Shown here in pieces: positions 34,678 through 36,807 of a DNA stretch of 36,807 nucleotides. The notes beneath the pieces are model-generated. The model had not been told where the DNA came from. It did no database searches and saw nothing but the letters and a program-made list of their open reading frames with translations. This DNA comes from Dehalococcoidia bacterium (GTDB lineage Bacteria; Chloroflexota; Dehalococcoidia; Bin125), in assembly GCA_963577225.1 (NCBI GenBank), contig CAUYZA010000003.1, positions 1-36,807 on the forward strand, in the 5' to 3' direction. Every line of letters starts with the position of its first letter. Within the stretch, counting starts at the first letter, position 1. Made by a program: the position numbers and the translations under genes.

Positions 34678-36807
<2,130 letters not shown>

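Overview
High-GC bacterial chromosomal segment, most likely Chloroflexota (Dehalococcoidia-like). That placement is my inference from the RpoB/RpoC insertions and several lineage-type small proteins; no search was run. The window is mostly housekeeping: rpoB (partial)-rpoC, a doubly frameshifted pirin, groES-groEL with a clear sigma70 promoter and CIRCE, an XRE-HTH + DUF2851 pair, tsaD, a large membrane protein, a TPR protein, fbp-fba-rdgB-moaA-moaC, folC-fabF, thpR, split transketolase, proB-orf-proA with three downstream genes, yihY, a CMD-family gene and a partial type-2 ileS. I saw no tRNA, rRNA, CRISPR array or mobile element. The best candidates for undescribed biology are four. (1) A ~927-aa single-pass membrane protein joins a catalytically degenerate PP2C-like domain to a beta-propeller. 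(2) The XRE-HTH/DUF2851 pair has nuclease-like, HhH-like and Cys-cluster motifs. (3) A tandem pair of 103-aa paralogs has a conserved leader; one copy starts at ATA, the other is frameshifted, and between them lies a small membrane ORF apparently starting at ATC. (4) rdgB overlaps moaA. Several genes look leaderless. All functional claims beyond the housekeeping genes are inference from motifs read by eye.
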